Below are positions 8,371-17,250 of a DNA stretch of 32,158 bases, in pieces. The notes under the pieces are model-generated. The model saw only the letters and a program-made list of their open reading frames with translations, made no database searches and was not told the origin of the DNA. The stretch comes from Acidimicrobiales bacterium. GTDB lineage: Bacteria > Actinomycetota > Acidimicrobiia > Acidimicrobiales > RAAP-2. Where the stretch lies: the NCBI GenBank assembly GCA_017883125.1, contig JADGOD010000008.1, positions 1-32,158 of the forward strand, read 5' to 3'. A program made the translations under genes and the position numbers. Numbering within the stretch: position 1 is the stretch's first letter; every line of letters starts with the position of its first letter.

Positions 8371-10182
8371 GTGCCTCCCGTAAAACCCACAGGCCAAGTC
8401 CCCACCTCCCTGATCAGGAACTTCTCCATCATCAGCCACGTCGACCATGGGAAATCGACCCTTTCGGACCGGATCCTGGAGATCACCGGCGCCGTCGATC
8501 CCCGGCTGATGCGAGCGCAGTACCTCGACTCGATGGACATCGAGCGGGAGCGGGGGATCACCATCAAGGCCCAGAACGTCCGAGTCGGCTTCGAGGGCCA
8601 CACCCTCCACCTGATCGACACCCCTGGTCATGTCGACTTCGGCTACGAGGTCTCCCGATCGCTGGCCGCCTGCGAAGGGGCGGTCCTGCTGGTGGACGCC
8701 TCCCAGGGGATCCAGGCCCAGACCCTGGCCAACTGCTACCTCGCCCTCGAGAACGATCTCGAGATCGTCGCGGTCCTCAACAAGATCGACCTCCCTGCGG
8801 CCGAGCCCGAGCGCTGCGCGCTCGAGATCGAGCAGGTCCTCGGCCTAGCCGCGGCGGACATCCTCTCGATCTCGGCGAAGACCGGCGAAGGGGTCCCCGA
8901 GCTGCTCCGGGCCATCATCGAGCGTGTCCCGCCGCCCACCGGCGACCGAGACGCACCCCTGCGCGGGCTGATCTTCGACTCGAGCTTCGACCAGTACCGG
9001 GGGGTGGTCAGCTCGCTGCGCATCATGGACGGAACGCTGCGGACCTCGGACCGTCTCCGGTTCATGCAGGCCAACGCCGTCCACGACGTCGAGGAGATCG
9101 GTGTCCGCACACCCGTGCCGCTGCCCATCGACGAGCTCGGACCCGGCGAGGTCGGCTACCTGATCGCCGGGATCAAGGATGTCGGCGAAGCCCGCTCCGG
9201 TGAGACCGTGACCACGGCGATCCACGGGGCGACCGAGGCGCTGGAAGGCTACGAGGATCCGTTGCCGATGGTCTTCTGTGGGATCTATCCCATCGACGGC
9301 GATGACCTGCCGGACCTGCGTGACTCGCTCGAGAAGCTCAAGCTCAACGACGCCAGCTTCACCTTCGAGCCCGAGTCGTCACGGGCCCTCGGCTTCGGGT
9401 TCCGGTGCGGCTTCCTCGGGCTGCTCCACATGGAGATCATCATGGAGCGCTTGGATCGCGAGTTCAACCTGGCCATCATCGCCACGGCTCCCTCGGTCGT
9501 CTACAAGGCGTACCTCACCGACGGGACAGAGCTGGTCATCGACAACCCGACCGAGCTGCCCGAGGCCTCACGGCTCGATCACCTCGACGAGCCGATGCTG
9601 GTGATCACCATCCTGTCGCCGTCGGAGTACACCGGGGCGATCATGGATCTGTGCCAGACCCGGCGAGCCGAGATGGTGCGGATGGAGTACCTGAGCCCCG
9701 AGAGGGTCGAGCTGGTCTACGAGATCCCGATGGCCGAGGTCGTCCTCGACTTCTTCGACCAGCTGAAGAGCCGGACCAAGGGCTACGCCAGCCTCGACTA
9801 CGAGCGAAAGGGGTTCCAGACCTCGAACCTCGTGCGGGTCGACATCCTGATCAACAGCATCCCGGTCGATGCGTTCTCGACGATCGTGCACCGCGACTCG
9901 GCGGAGCGCTACGGACGGCGGATGGCCGAGCGGCTCAAAGAGCTGATCCCTCGCCAGATGTTCGATGTCCCCATCCAGGCGGCGATCGGAGGCCGGGTGA
10001 TCTCTCGGGAGACGGTGAAGGCCAAGCGCAAGGACGTCCTGGCGAAGTGCTACGGCGGTGACATCACCCGGAAGCGCAAGCTGCTCGAGAAGCAGAAAGA
10101 GGGCAAGAAGAAGATGAAGAACATCGGACGGGTCGAGATCCCCCAAGAGGCGTTCATCTCCGCCTTGCGCCTCGAGGACTGA
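8371..10182 (+). CDS. lepA: Translation elongation factor 4 (LepA)
   Basis: [72 protein letters not shown]. Start GTG 8371 estimated from TACGCT -10 at 8356-8361. Confidence 0.97.
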   Translation: MPPVKPTGQVPTSLIRNFSIISHVDHGKSTLSDRILEITGAVDPRLMRAQYLDSMDIERERGITIKAQNVRVGFEGHTLHLIDTPGHVDFGYEVSRSLAACEGAVLLVDASQGIQAQTLANCYLALENDLEIVAVLNKIDLPAAEPERCALEIEQVLGLAAADILSISAKTGEGVPELLRAIIERVPPPTGDRDAPLRGLIFDSSFDQYRGVVSSLRIMDGTLRTSDRLRFMQANAVHDVEEIGVRTPVPLPIDELGPGEVGYLIAGIKDVGEARSGETVTTAIHGATEALEGYEDPLPMVFCGIYPIDGDDLPDLRDSLEKLKLNDASFTFEPESSRALGFGFRCGFLGLLHMEIIMERLDREFNLAIIATAPSVVYKAYLTDGTELVIDNPTELPEASRLDHLDEPMLVITILSPSEYTGAIMDLCQTRRAEMVRMEYLSPERVELVYEIPMAEVVLDFFDQLKSRTKGYASLDYERKGFQTSNLVRVDILINSIPVDAFSTIVHRDSAERYGRRMAERLKELIPRQMFDVPIQAAIGGRVISRETVKAKRKDVLAKCYGGDITRKRKLLEKQKEGKKKMKNIGRVEIPQEAFISALRLED

Positions 10183-10210
10183 TTCGTCCTGCCCGAGAGG
10201 CCGATCAGCG

Positions 10211-10237
10211 TTGGCACTCGGTAGACTCGAGTGCTGA
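10211..10237 (+). promoter_or_regulatory. CIRCE operator (HrcA binding site)
   Basis: TTGGCACTC-N9(GGTAGACTC)-GAGTGCTGA versus consensus TTAGCACTC-N9-GAGTGCTAA (2 mismatches), directly upstream of hrcA. The spacer contains a TAGACT -10 at 10222-10227. Confidence 0.92.
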
Positions 10238-10245
10238 GGCCCACC

Positions 10246-11325
10246 ATGCGCACCGAAGACCACGACAGCTCGCTCTCCCGTTCCGGCGGGGATCTCGACG
10301 CCCGAAAGGCGGCGATCCTCGAGGCCATCGTCACTGGGTACATCGGTACCGCCCAGCCGGTGGGGTCCTCCCATGTCGCATCAGCAACCGGGATCCAGGT
10401 CTCTCCGGCGACCGTGCGCTCCGAGATGGTCGCCCTCGAGCGTGATGGCTACCTGATCCAGCCCCATACCAGCGCCGGACGGATCCCCACCGACAAGGGG
10501 TACCGCTTCTTCGTCGACCATCTGGCCAGCCCGGGTCGCCTCGGCCCGCAGCAGGCCAAGCAGGTCTCCTCCTTCTTCACGCAGGTCCAAGGTGGCCTCG
10601 AGGAGGTCCTCGAGTCGACCTCGTCGCTGCTGAGCGACCTGACGTCCTACGCCGCAGTGGTGGTGGGTCCCTCCCACGAGCAGGCGCCCGTCCGATCGGT
10701 CCAGGTCGTCGGGCTCGCCCCGCGACGTGGCCTGGTCGTCGCCGTCCTCGCCGACGGAGCCGTCGAGAACCGCCACGTCGAGTTCCCCTTCGACGTCGAT
10801 GACGACGTACTCGCTCAGGCCACCGCCCACCTTCAGGCCACCGTGTCGGGCGCGACCATCAGCGCACTTCCCACCGTGCCCCCCATCAACGTCCCGGCCA
10901 CCGATGACGTCTGCCGCCTGGCCGCAGAGGCGTTGACAGAGGCGGGCAAGTTGTCCGACCACGAGGCGGTCTTCGTCGGTGGTCCCTCCCGTCTGGCCTC
11001 CGCGTTCGACGCCATCGAGACCGTCCGGGGCGTCTTGAGCATCCTCGAGCAGCAGCTGGTGGTCGTCTCGCTGCTCCGCGACGTCCTCGAACGGGGGCTC
11101 TCGGTGGCGATCGGCTCCGAGCACGGCTACGAGCCGCTGGCATCGTGCGCCGTGGTCGTGGCTCCGGTCGAGGTCAACGGACGTCAGTCCGGGGCCGTGG
11201 GAATCCTGGGGCCGACCCGGATGAACTACCCCGAGGCGATGGCGGCGGCCGAAGTGGTGGGACGCCAGCTGAGCGAGCGGATCGGTGCCGAGCAGGGAAA
11301 CCAGGAGCTGAACGAACATGGCTGA
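10246..11325 (+). CDS. hrcA: Heat-inducible transcriptional repressor HrcA
   Basis: QPVGS, SPATVRSEM, QPHTSAGRIPTDKGYRFFVD, GILGPTRMNY. Start ATG 10246 chosen because GTG 10231 lies inside CIRCE. Confidence 0.96.
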   Translation: MRTEDHDSSLSRSGGDLDARKAAILEAIVTGYIGTAQPVGSSHVASATGIQVSPATVRSEMVALERDGYLIQPHTSAGRIPTDKGYRFFVDHLASPGRLGPQQAKQVSSFFTQVQGGLEEVLESTSSLLSDLTSYAAVVVGPSHEQAPVRSVQVVGLAPRRGLVVAVLADGAVENRHVEFPFDVDDDVLAQATAHLQATVSGATISALPTVPPINVPATDDVCRLAAEALTEAGKLSDHEAVFVGGPSRLASAFDAIETVRGVLSILEQQLVVVSLLRDVLERGLSVAIGSEHGYEPLASCAVVVAPVEVNGRQSGAVGILGPTRMNYPEAMAAAEVVGRQLSERIGAEQGNQELNEHG

Positions 11326-12439
11326 TCTCGGCGACCTCTACGAGATCCTCGGCGTCAGTCGCACGGCGACCGCCGATGAGATCAAGCGCGCCTATCGCAA
11401 GCTGGCCCGTGAGCTGCATCCCGACACCAACCCCGACCCGGCCGCCGAAGAGGAGTTCAAGAGGATCTCGGTGGCCTACGAGGTGCTCTCGGACCCCGAG
11501 CAGCGCGCCCGATACGACACCTACGGCGACCCCCGGATGGGCGCCGGCCAAGGTGGGTCGGTCTTCGACACCAACGGCGGCCTCGGCGACCTCTTCGACG
11601 TCTTCTTCAGCCAGATGGGGGGGAACCAGAACCGCCACCGGGGGCCGATCCCCGGTGCGGACATCGAGACGAGCGTCCGGCTCGATCTGGTCGAAGCGGC
11701 CTTCGGCGCCGCCAAGGAGGTGAGCCTCCGACTCCCGGTGACCTGCCCGGAGTGCTCGGGCTCCGGCGCCGAGACCGGGACGACACCGGAGATGTGCGTT
11801 GACTGTCAGGGGGCCGGGGAGATCCGCCGGGTCCGCCAGTCGCTCTTGGGCCAGATGGTCACGGCCTCGCCGTGTCAGCGCTGTCATGGGATGGGCCAGG
11901 TGATCGCGTCGCCGTGCTCGGCGTGCCGAGGAGACGGCCGAGTGACCGACCAGCGGACGCTGACCGTCGAGATCCCCTCGGGGGTCGAGTCGGGCACCAC
12001 GTTGCGTCTGACGGACCGGGGGGCAGCAGGCCCTCGTGGCGGCCCGCCAGGATCGCTCTACGTCCATCTCGAGGTCGCTCCCGACCCACGCTTCGAGCGC
12101 CAGGGCGATGACCTCCACACGATGGTCCACGTCAGTGTGGCCCAGGCGGCGATAGGCACCGCCCTGGAGGTCGAGACCCTCGAAGAGCCAACCTCGGTCG
12201 GCATCGCGCCGGGGACCCAGTCGGGCACGGTGACCCGCCTCAAGGGCCAAGGCGTCCCGCACCTGCGCGGTCGTGGTCGAGGCGATCTCTACGTCCACGT
12301 CCAGGTCGACACGCCCCTTGAGCTCACTGACCGCGAGGTCGAGCTGCTGGGCGAGCTGGCCGCCATCCGTGGCGAGCACCTGGAGCCCCCCGAGGAGCAC
12401 CATGGGATCCTCTCGAAGATCAGGTCCGCCTTCCATTGA
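11318..12439 (+). CDS. dnaJ: Molecular chaperone DnaJ (hrcA-linked, DnaJ2 type)
   Basis: J-domain with HPD, short G/F region, four CxxCxGxG repeats (CPECSGSG, CVDCQGAG, CQRCHGMG, CSACRGDG) and a C-terminal domain. Confidence 0.96.
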   Translation: MADLGDLYEILGVSRTATADEIKRAYRKLARELHPDTNPDPAAEEEFKRISVAYEVLSDPEQRARYDTYGDPRMGAGQGGSVFDTNGGLGDLFDVFFSQMGGNQNRHRGPIPGADIETSVRLDLVEAAFGAAKEVSLRLPVTCPECSGSGAETGTTPEMCVDCQGAGEIRRVRQSLLGQMVTASPCQRCHGMGQVIASPCSACRGDGRVTDQRTLTVEIPSGVESGTTLRLTDRGAAGPRGGPPGSLYVHLEVAPDPRFERQGDDLHTMVHVSVAQAAIGTALEVETLEEPTSVGIAPGTQSGTVTRLKGQGVPHLRGRGRGDLYVHVQVDTPLELTDREVELLGELAAIRGEHLEPPEEHHGILSKIRSAFH

Positions 12440-13200
12440 CCTTCACGAAGGGGGCGAAGACCCGCAGCGAGGCCGCTGCTCAGGTCTTCGTCGACGATCT
12501 CGACCATGTCGTCCTCGAGAAGGCCGACCTCCACCACCTGATGACCGTGCGGCGCCTACGGGCTGGCGAATCGGTGATCGCCGCCGACGGCATGGGATCC
12601 TGGCGACGCTGCGTCGTCGATGGGAGCCGCAACGTCGTCGCCGACGGGGCCATCGAGTTCGAGCCCGAGCCGGCCCAGGTGCTCACGGTGGCATTCGCTC
12701 CGGTCAAGGGCGATCGCAGCGAGTGGGCGGTGGCCAAGCTCACCGAGCTCGGCGTCGATCGGATCGTGGCGCTGGCCACCGAGCGAGGCGTGGTGCGCTG
12801 GAGCTCGACGGCGGCCGGACGAGCCCTTGATCGCTGGGAGCGGGTGGCGAAGGAGGCGTGCTGCCAGTCACGTCGGGTGCGGCTCCCTGTCATAGAAGGC
12901 CCGAGCGAGGTCGCGTCGTTCTCGGGTGAGCCCGGCGTCGGGATCGCCGTCCCCGGCGGCCCAGCGCTGAGCGGGAGAACCTCCACCCTCCTGATCGGCC
13001 CCGAAGGCGGCTGGTCGGAGGCGGAGCTCGCACTGGGGTTCGAGCCTGTCGGCATGGCGGGGAACGTCTTGCGGACCGAGACGGCAGCGATATCCGCTGG
13101 TGTGCTCCTTGAGGCCACTCGGGCGGGTACGGTCGCGCTCGTGGACAACAACGATTCGAAGGGCCCCTCTGAGACGACACGCAGCGAGGATCAGCGGTGA
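12436..13200 (+). CDS. rsmE: 16S rRNA m3U1498 methyltransferase RsmE
   Basis: HHLMTVRRL, KGDRSEWAVAKLTELGVD, EACCQSRR, LIGPEGGWS, VLRTETA. TTGA overlap with the dnaJ stop; exact start uncertain. Confidence 0.93.
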   Translation: MTFTKGAKTRSEAAAQVFVDDLDHVVLEKADLHHLMTVRRLRAGESVIAADGMGSWRRCVVDGSRNVVADGAIEFEPEPAQVLTVAFAPVKGDRSEWAVAKLTELGVDRIVALATERGVVRWSSTAAGRALDRWERVAKEACCQSRRVRLPVIEGPSEVASFSGEPGVGIAVPGGPALSGRTSTLLIGPEGGWSEAELALGFEPVGMAGNVLRTETAAISAGVLLEATRAGTVALVDNNDSKGPSETTRSEDQR

Positions 13201-13556
13201 GCGGTGCGCCGAACTGCCTCTTCTGCCGGATCGTGGAGGGAACGATCCCGTCTGAGACGATCTACTCGAACGACGTGGTGATCGCCTTCAGAGACATCGC
13301 ACCTCAGGCGCCGACCCACGTCCTGGTCGTGCCTCGTGCCCACATCGAGCACGCCGGAGCGGTCACCGCCGATGATGCAGCCACGGTCGCGGCGATGCTC
13401 CTGGCCGCCCAGGATGTCGCCGTCCTCGAAGGGATCGACGGTCCGGACCGGGGCTTTCGGCTGGTCATGAACGTCGGCCCCGACGCCCAGAACTCCGTCG
13501 CGCACCTCCATCTCCACGTCCTTGGAGGCCGATCGCTGACGTGGCCGCCCGGGTGA
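13197..13556 (+). CDS. HIT family (Hint) nucleotide-binding protein
   Basis: CLFCRIV, AFRDIAPQAPTHVLVVP, histidine triad HLHLHVLGGR, WPPG end. Confidence 0.95.
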   Translation: MSGAPNCLFCRIVEGTIPSETIYSNDVVIAFRDIAPQAPTHVLVVPRAHIEHAGAVTADDAATVAAMLLAAQDVAVLEGIDGPDRGFRLVMNVGPDAQNSVAHLHLHVLGGRSLTWPPG

Positions 13557-14551
13557 GCGATCCCGTGCCAGGCCCCGAGACCGAGGAGACCGTCCGGTCC
13601 TCGACGATGGTCCCCAACACCCACTTGATGGCGGCGCTGCTCGGGGAGCGCGACGAGCTGCTCCGCCAGATCGAGACGGCCTTCCCCGATGAGAGGATCG
13701 CCGTCCAGGGGAACCTGATCACCGTCGAGGGGCCGCAGTCCTCCCGCGTCGTGGGGCTCTTCGACGAGCTGGTGCTCCTGCTCGAAGCGGGCCAGTCACT
13801 CGATCCTCCCAAGGTGGCTCGCACCATCGACATGGCCCGCGAGGACCTCCGCCCCTCAGAGGTCCTCGGAGCGACCGTCGTGAGGGCCGCCAAGGGCCGA
13901 ACGATCCGGCCCCACACCGCTGGACAGAAGCGCTACTGCGACGCGATCGTGTCCAACACCATCACCTTCGGGATCGGCCCGGCCGGCACGGGGAAGAGCT
14001 ACCTCGCCGTGGCGCTGGCCGTCCAGGCCCTCCAGTCCCGTCAGGTCAACCGGATCGTGCTGACCCGCCCGGCGGTCGAGGCCGGTGAGCGCCTGGGGTT
14101 CCTCCCGGGGGACCTGATGGCCAAGGTCGATCCCTATCTGCGGCCTCTCTACGACGCCCTCTTCGACATGCTCGAGCCCGAGGGTGCCCAGCGTCTGATC
14201 GACAAGGCGACGATCGAGGGCGGACGGCTGGCGTTCATGCGAGGAAGGACGCTGAACAACTCGTTCATCATCCTGGACGAGGCGCAGAACACCTCTCCAG
14301 AGCAGATGAAGATGTTCCTGACCCGGATCGGCTTCGGGTCTAAGTGCGTCGTCACAGGTGACAAGACCCAGGTGGACGTCGCAGGTGGACGTTCGGGGCT
14401 CTTGGAGATCGAGTCGATCCTCGCGGGGATCGAGGGGATCTCCTTCGTCCACCTCGACCGACGAGACGTCGTCCGGCACAAGATCGTGGCCGACATCGTC
14501 GACGCCTACGACCGCGCCTCGCTCGAGGGGAAGCCCGCCGATGGCCGTTGA
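13553..14551 (+). CDS. phoH: PhoH family ATPase (YbeZ-like)
   Basis: GPAGTGKSYLA, LTRPAVEAGERLGFLPGD, MRGRTL, ILDEAQN, VVRH. GTGA overlap with the HIT stop. Confidence 0.95.
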   Translation: MSDPVPGPETEETVRSSTMVPNTHLMAALLGERDELLRQIETAFPDERIAVQGNLITVEGPQSSRVVGLFDELVLLLEAGQSLDPPKVARTIDMAREDLRPSEVLGATVVRAAKGRTIRPHTAGQKRYCDAIVSNTITFGIGPAGTGKSYLAVALAVQALQSRQVNRIVLTRPAVEAGERLGFLPGDLMAKVDPYLRPLYDALFDMLEPEGAQRLIDKATIEGGRLAFMRGRTLNNSFIILDEAQNTSPEQMKMFLTRIGFGSKCVVTGDKTQVDVAGGRSGLLEIESILAGIEGISFVHLDRRDVVRHKIVADIVDAYDRASLEGKPADGR

Positions 14552-15056
14552 GGTGTTCGGAGCCGACGAGCAGAGCACCCACGAGGTCAACCTCGAGCGC
14601 ATGGTGGCCCTGGCAGCCGCCGCGCTCGACGCGGAGGGCGTGAAGGAGCCCGCCGAGGTCTCCCTCCTCTTCGTCGACGGCGAGACGATCGCCACGCTGA
14701 ACGAGCGGTTCATGCACAAGCAGGGTCCGACGGACGTCCTGAGCTTCCCGATCGAGGACGAGTTCAACCCCTCGGGGAGGTTCCCCGACTCGGGCACGAC
14801 CGGGCCGGGTATGGACGACGAGCCCGTCGAGGAGCCGACCCTGCTGCTCGGAGACGTGGTCGTCTGCCCTGAGATCGCGGCGAAGAACGCCGTGGACCAT
14901 GGCGTCAGCCTCGACGATGAGATCGCCCTGCTCGTGGTCCACGGAATCCTCCACCTCCTGGGGTGGGATCACCAGATCGATACCGAGGCCGAGCGCATGG
15001 AAGCGCGCGAGCAGCACCTGCTGGCCCGCTTCCATCGACCCGGGGTGACGAGTTGA
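14541..15056 (+). CDS. ybeY: rRNA maturation endoribonuclease YbeY
   Basis: PTDVLSFP, LLGDVVVC, HGILHLLGWDH zinc motif. Start ATG 14541 with GAGGGG upstream. Confidence 0.95.
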   Translation: MAVEVFGADEQSTHEVNLERMVALAAAALDAEGVKEPAEVSLLFVDGETIATLNERFMHKQGPTDVLSFPIEDEFNPSGRFPDSGTTGPGMDDEPVEEPTLLLGDVVVCPEIAAKNAVDHGVSLDDEIALLVVHGILHLLGWDHQIDTEAERMEAREQHLLARFHRPGVTS

Positions 15057-16345
15057 TCCTGGCGACGGGCTCTGCGTCGGTCGATGTCGCCCTGGTGGCG
15101 GTCATCGCCGTGCTCCTGGTGGCCTCGGGGGCGTTGGCGGCGGCCGAGACGAGCCTCGTCCGCACCTCGCGGGTCAAGGCGAAGTCGCTGAAGGACGAGC
15201 AGCGCCGGGGGGCCGGAGCCCTCGTCCGGCTCGTCGATCGCCCTGAGCGGTTCTTGAACCCGGTGCTCCTGCTCGTCCTGATCTGCCAGCTGGTCTCGGC
15301 CACCCTGATCGGGATCTTGGCCAATCAGTGGCTGGGTGGATGGGGAGTGCTCGCCGCCACCGTCTTCGAGGTGGCGGTGATCTTCGTCTTCTTCGAAGCC
15401 GTCCCCAAGAACTGGGCGGTCCACCATCCCGAGCGCGCCGCGCTCGTCAGCGCGCCGGTCGTCGACTGGCTGATCCGCTTCCCACCGGTGCGGGCTCTGG
15501 CCAGCGTGCTGATCGGGATGGCCAACGTGGTGCTGGGGCGTCGGGGAGATGCAGCGCACGTCGCGCTGGTCACCGAGTCCGAGCTCCTGGCGATGGCCGA
15601 CGTCGCCCGTGACGAGGCGGTCATCGACGCCGAGGAGCGTGCGTTCATCCACTCGGTGATCGACTTCGGCGACACCGTCGTGCGCGAGGTCATGGTGCCT
15701 CGCCCCGACATGGTCGCTCTCGAGACGTCGATCTCGGTCTCCGACGCGCTCGTCGAGGCCCTCGAGGCGGGCTTCTCCCGGCTCCCCGTCTACCACGAGT
15801 CGATCGACGACGTCAGCGGTATCGCCTACACCAAGGACCTCATGCGCCTCGAGCGGGGAGGTCGGGGCGACGATCCCGTGGGGGAGCACATCCGCGCCGC
15901 CCACTTCGTCCCCGAGACCAAGCAGGTCTCGACGCTCCTGCGCGAGATGCAGGAGAAGAAGGTCCACCAGGTGATCGTCGTCGATGAGTACGGGGGCACC
16001 GCCGGGTTGGCCACCCTCGAAGACGTCATCGAGGAGCTGGTCGGGGACATCGTCGACGAGTTCGACGTCGAGGAGCCGTCGGTCGAGCAGATCGACGAGA
16101 CCACCACGGTGGTCGCCGGCCGGATGCCGATCGACGAGGTCGACGACCTCCTCGAGACCTCGCTCCCCAAGGGGAGCTGGGACACCGTCGGAGGGCTCCT
16201 GCTCGACCTGATCGGAGGGGTTCCCGCCACCGGCGAGGGAGCCGACGTCAACGGATTCCGCTTCTCCGCCGAGCGTCTCGATGGCCGCCGGATCGACCGG
16301 GTGCGCATCGAGCGCCTCGGCACATCTCACACAGAGGACCACTGA
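15053..16345 (+). CDS. CNNM/DUF21-CBS-CorC (hemolysin C-like) membrane protein
   Basis: Hydrophobic N-terminus with AAAETSL and FFEAVPK, CBS pair (VREVMVPRPDM, FSRLPVY, VVDEYGGTAGLATLEDVIEELVGDI), CorC C-terminal domain. TTGA overlap with ybeY. Confidence 0.92.
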   Translation: MILATGSASVDVALVAVIAVLLVASGALAAAETSLVRTSRVKAKSLKDEQRRGAGALVRLVDRPERFLNPVLLLVLICQLVSATLIGILANQWLGGWGVLAATVFEVAVIFVFFEAVPKNWAVHHPERAALVSAPVVDWLIRFPPVRALASVLIGMANVVLGRRGDAAHVALVTESELLAMADVARDEAVIDAEERAFIHSVIDFGDTVVREVMVPRPDMVALETSISVSDALVEALEAGFSRLPVYHESIDDVSGIAYTKDLMRLERGGRGDDPVGEHIRAAHFVPETKQVSTLLREMQEKKVHQVIVVDEYGGTAGLATLEDVIEELVGDIVDEFDVEEPSVEQIDETTTVVAGRMPIDEVDDLLETSLPKGSWDTVGGLLLDLIGGVPATGEGADVNGFRFSAERLDGRRIDRVRIERLGTSHTEDH

Positions 16346-17250
16346 TGCGCTCAGGTTTCGCAACCATCGTCGGCCGACCCAACGTGGGCAAGTCGACGCT
16401 GCTCAACACCATCGTCGGCGAGAAGGTGACCATCACCTCGTCGAAGGCCAACACCACCCGGCACCAGATCCGTGGTGTGCTCAGCCGCCCCGATGCCCAG
16501 GTGGTCTTCATCGACACCCCGGGGCTCCACCGGCCCAAGACGAGGCTCGGTGAGCGCCTCAACGACCAGGCGATGAGCGCCTTCGACGACGTCGACGCGC
16601 TGATCGCCATGATCGAGGCGACCAACGCCATCGGACCCGGGGACCGCATGGTGCTCCGCCGATCGCTCGAGGTCGCCGCCCGAGGCGGCTGCTCGCTCCT
16701 CGTCGCCGTGAACAAGACCGACTCGGCGGGCCCCAACAAGACGGCCGGCCAGCTCTCCGAGGCCTTGCGGGTCGTCACCGAGCTGGCGGCGGAGCTCGGC
16801 GAGGCGGCGACGCGCGTGGCGGACAAGGCGGAGTTCTTCCCGATCTCGGCACGGACGGGCAAGGGCGTGCCGGTTCTCGTCGAGACCGTGGTCAACCGCC
16901 TCGAAGAGGGTCCCGCCTACTACCCCGAGGGCATGATCAGCGACCAGGCTGCCGCCGCCCACGTGGCGGAGCTGGTGCGCGAGCAGCTGCTCTCTCGGAC
17001 CAGGGATGAGCTTCCTCACGCCATCCACTGCCAGGTCACCGAGTGGGAGGGCTCGCACATCAGGGTAGAGATCCTCGTCGAGCGTGACTCCCAGAAGGGG
17101 ATCGTGATCGGCAAGGGAGGCGAGATCCTCAAGCAGGTCGGCACCGCCGCTCGTGCCCAGCTCCCCGAGGGTACCCACCTCGAGCTCTACGTCCGGGTGG
17201 AGAAGAACTGGCAGTCCCGGACCGAGGTCCTGGACCGCTTCGGCTACTAG
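16345..17250 (+). CDS. era: GTPase Era
   Basis: GRPNVGKSTL, TTR, DTPGLH, NKTD, ISA, KH motif SQKGIVIGKGG. Confidence 0.96.
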   Translation: MRSGFATIVGRPNVGKSTLLNTIVGEKVTITSSKANTTRHQIRGVLSRPDAQVVFIDTPGLHRPKTRLGERLNDQAMSAFDDVDALIAMIEATNAIGPGDRMVLRRSLEVAARGGCSLLVAVNKTDSAGPNKTAGQLSEALRVVTELAAELGEAATRVADKAEFFPISARTGKGVPVLVETVVNRLEEGPAYYPEGMISDQAAAAHVAELVREQLLSRTRDELPHAIHCQVTEWEGSHIRVEILVERDSQKGIVIGKGGEILKQVGTAARAQLPEGTHLELYVRVEKNWQSRTEVLDRFGY

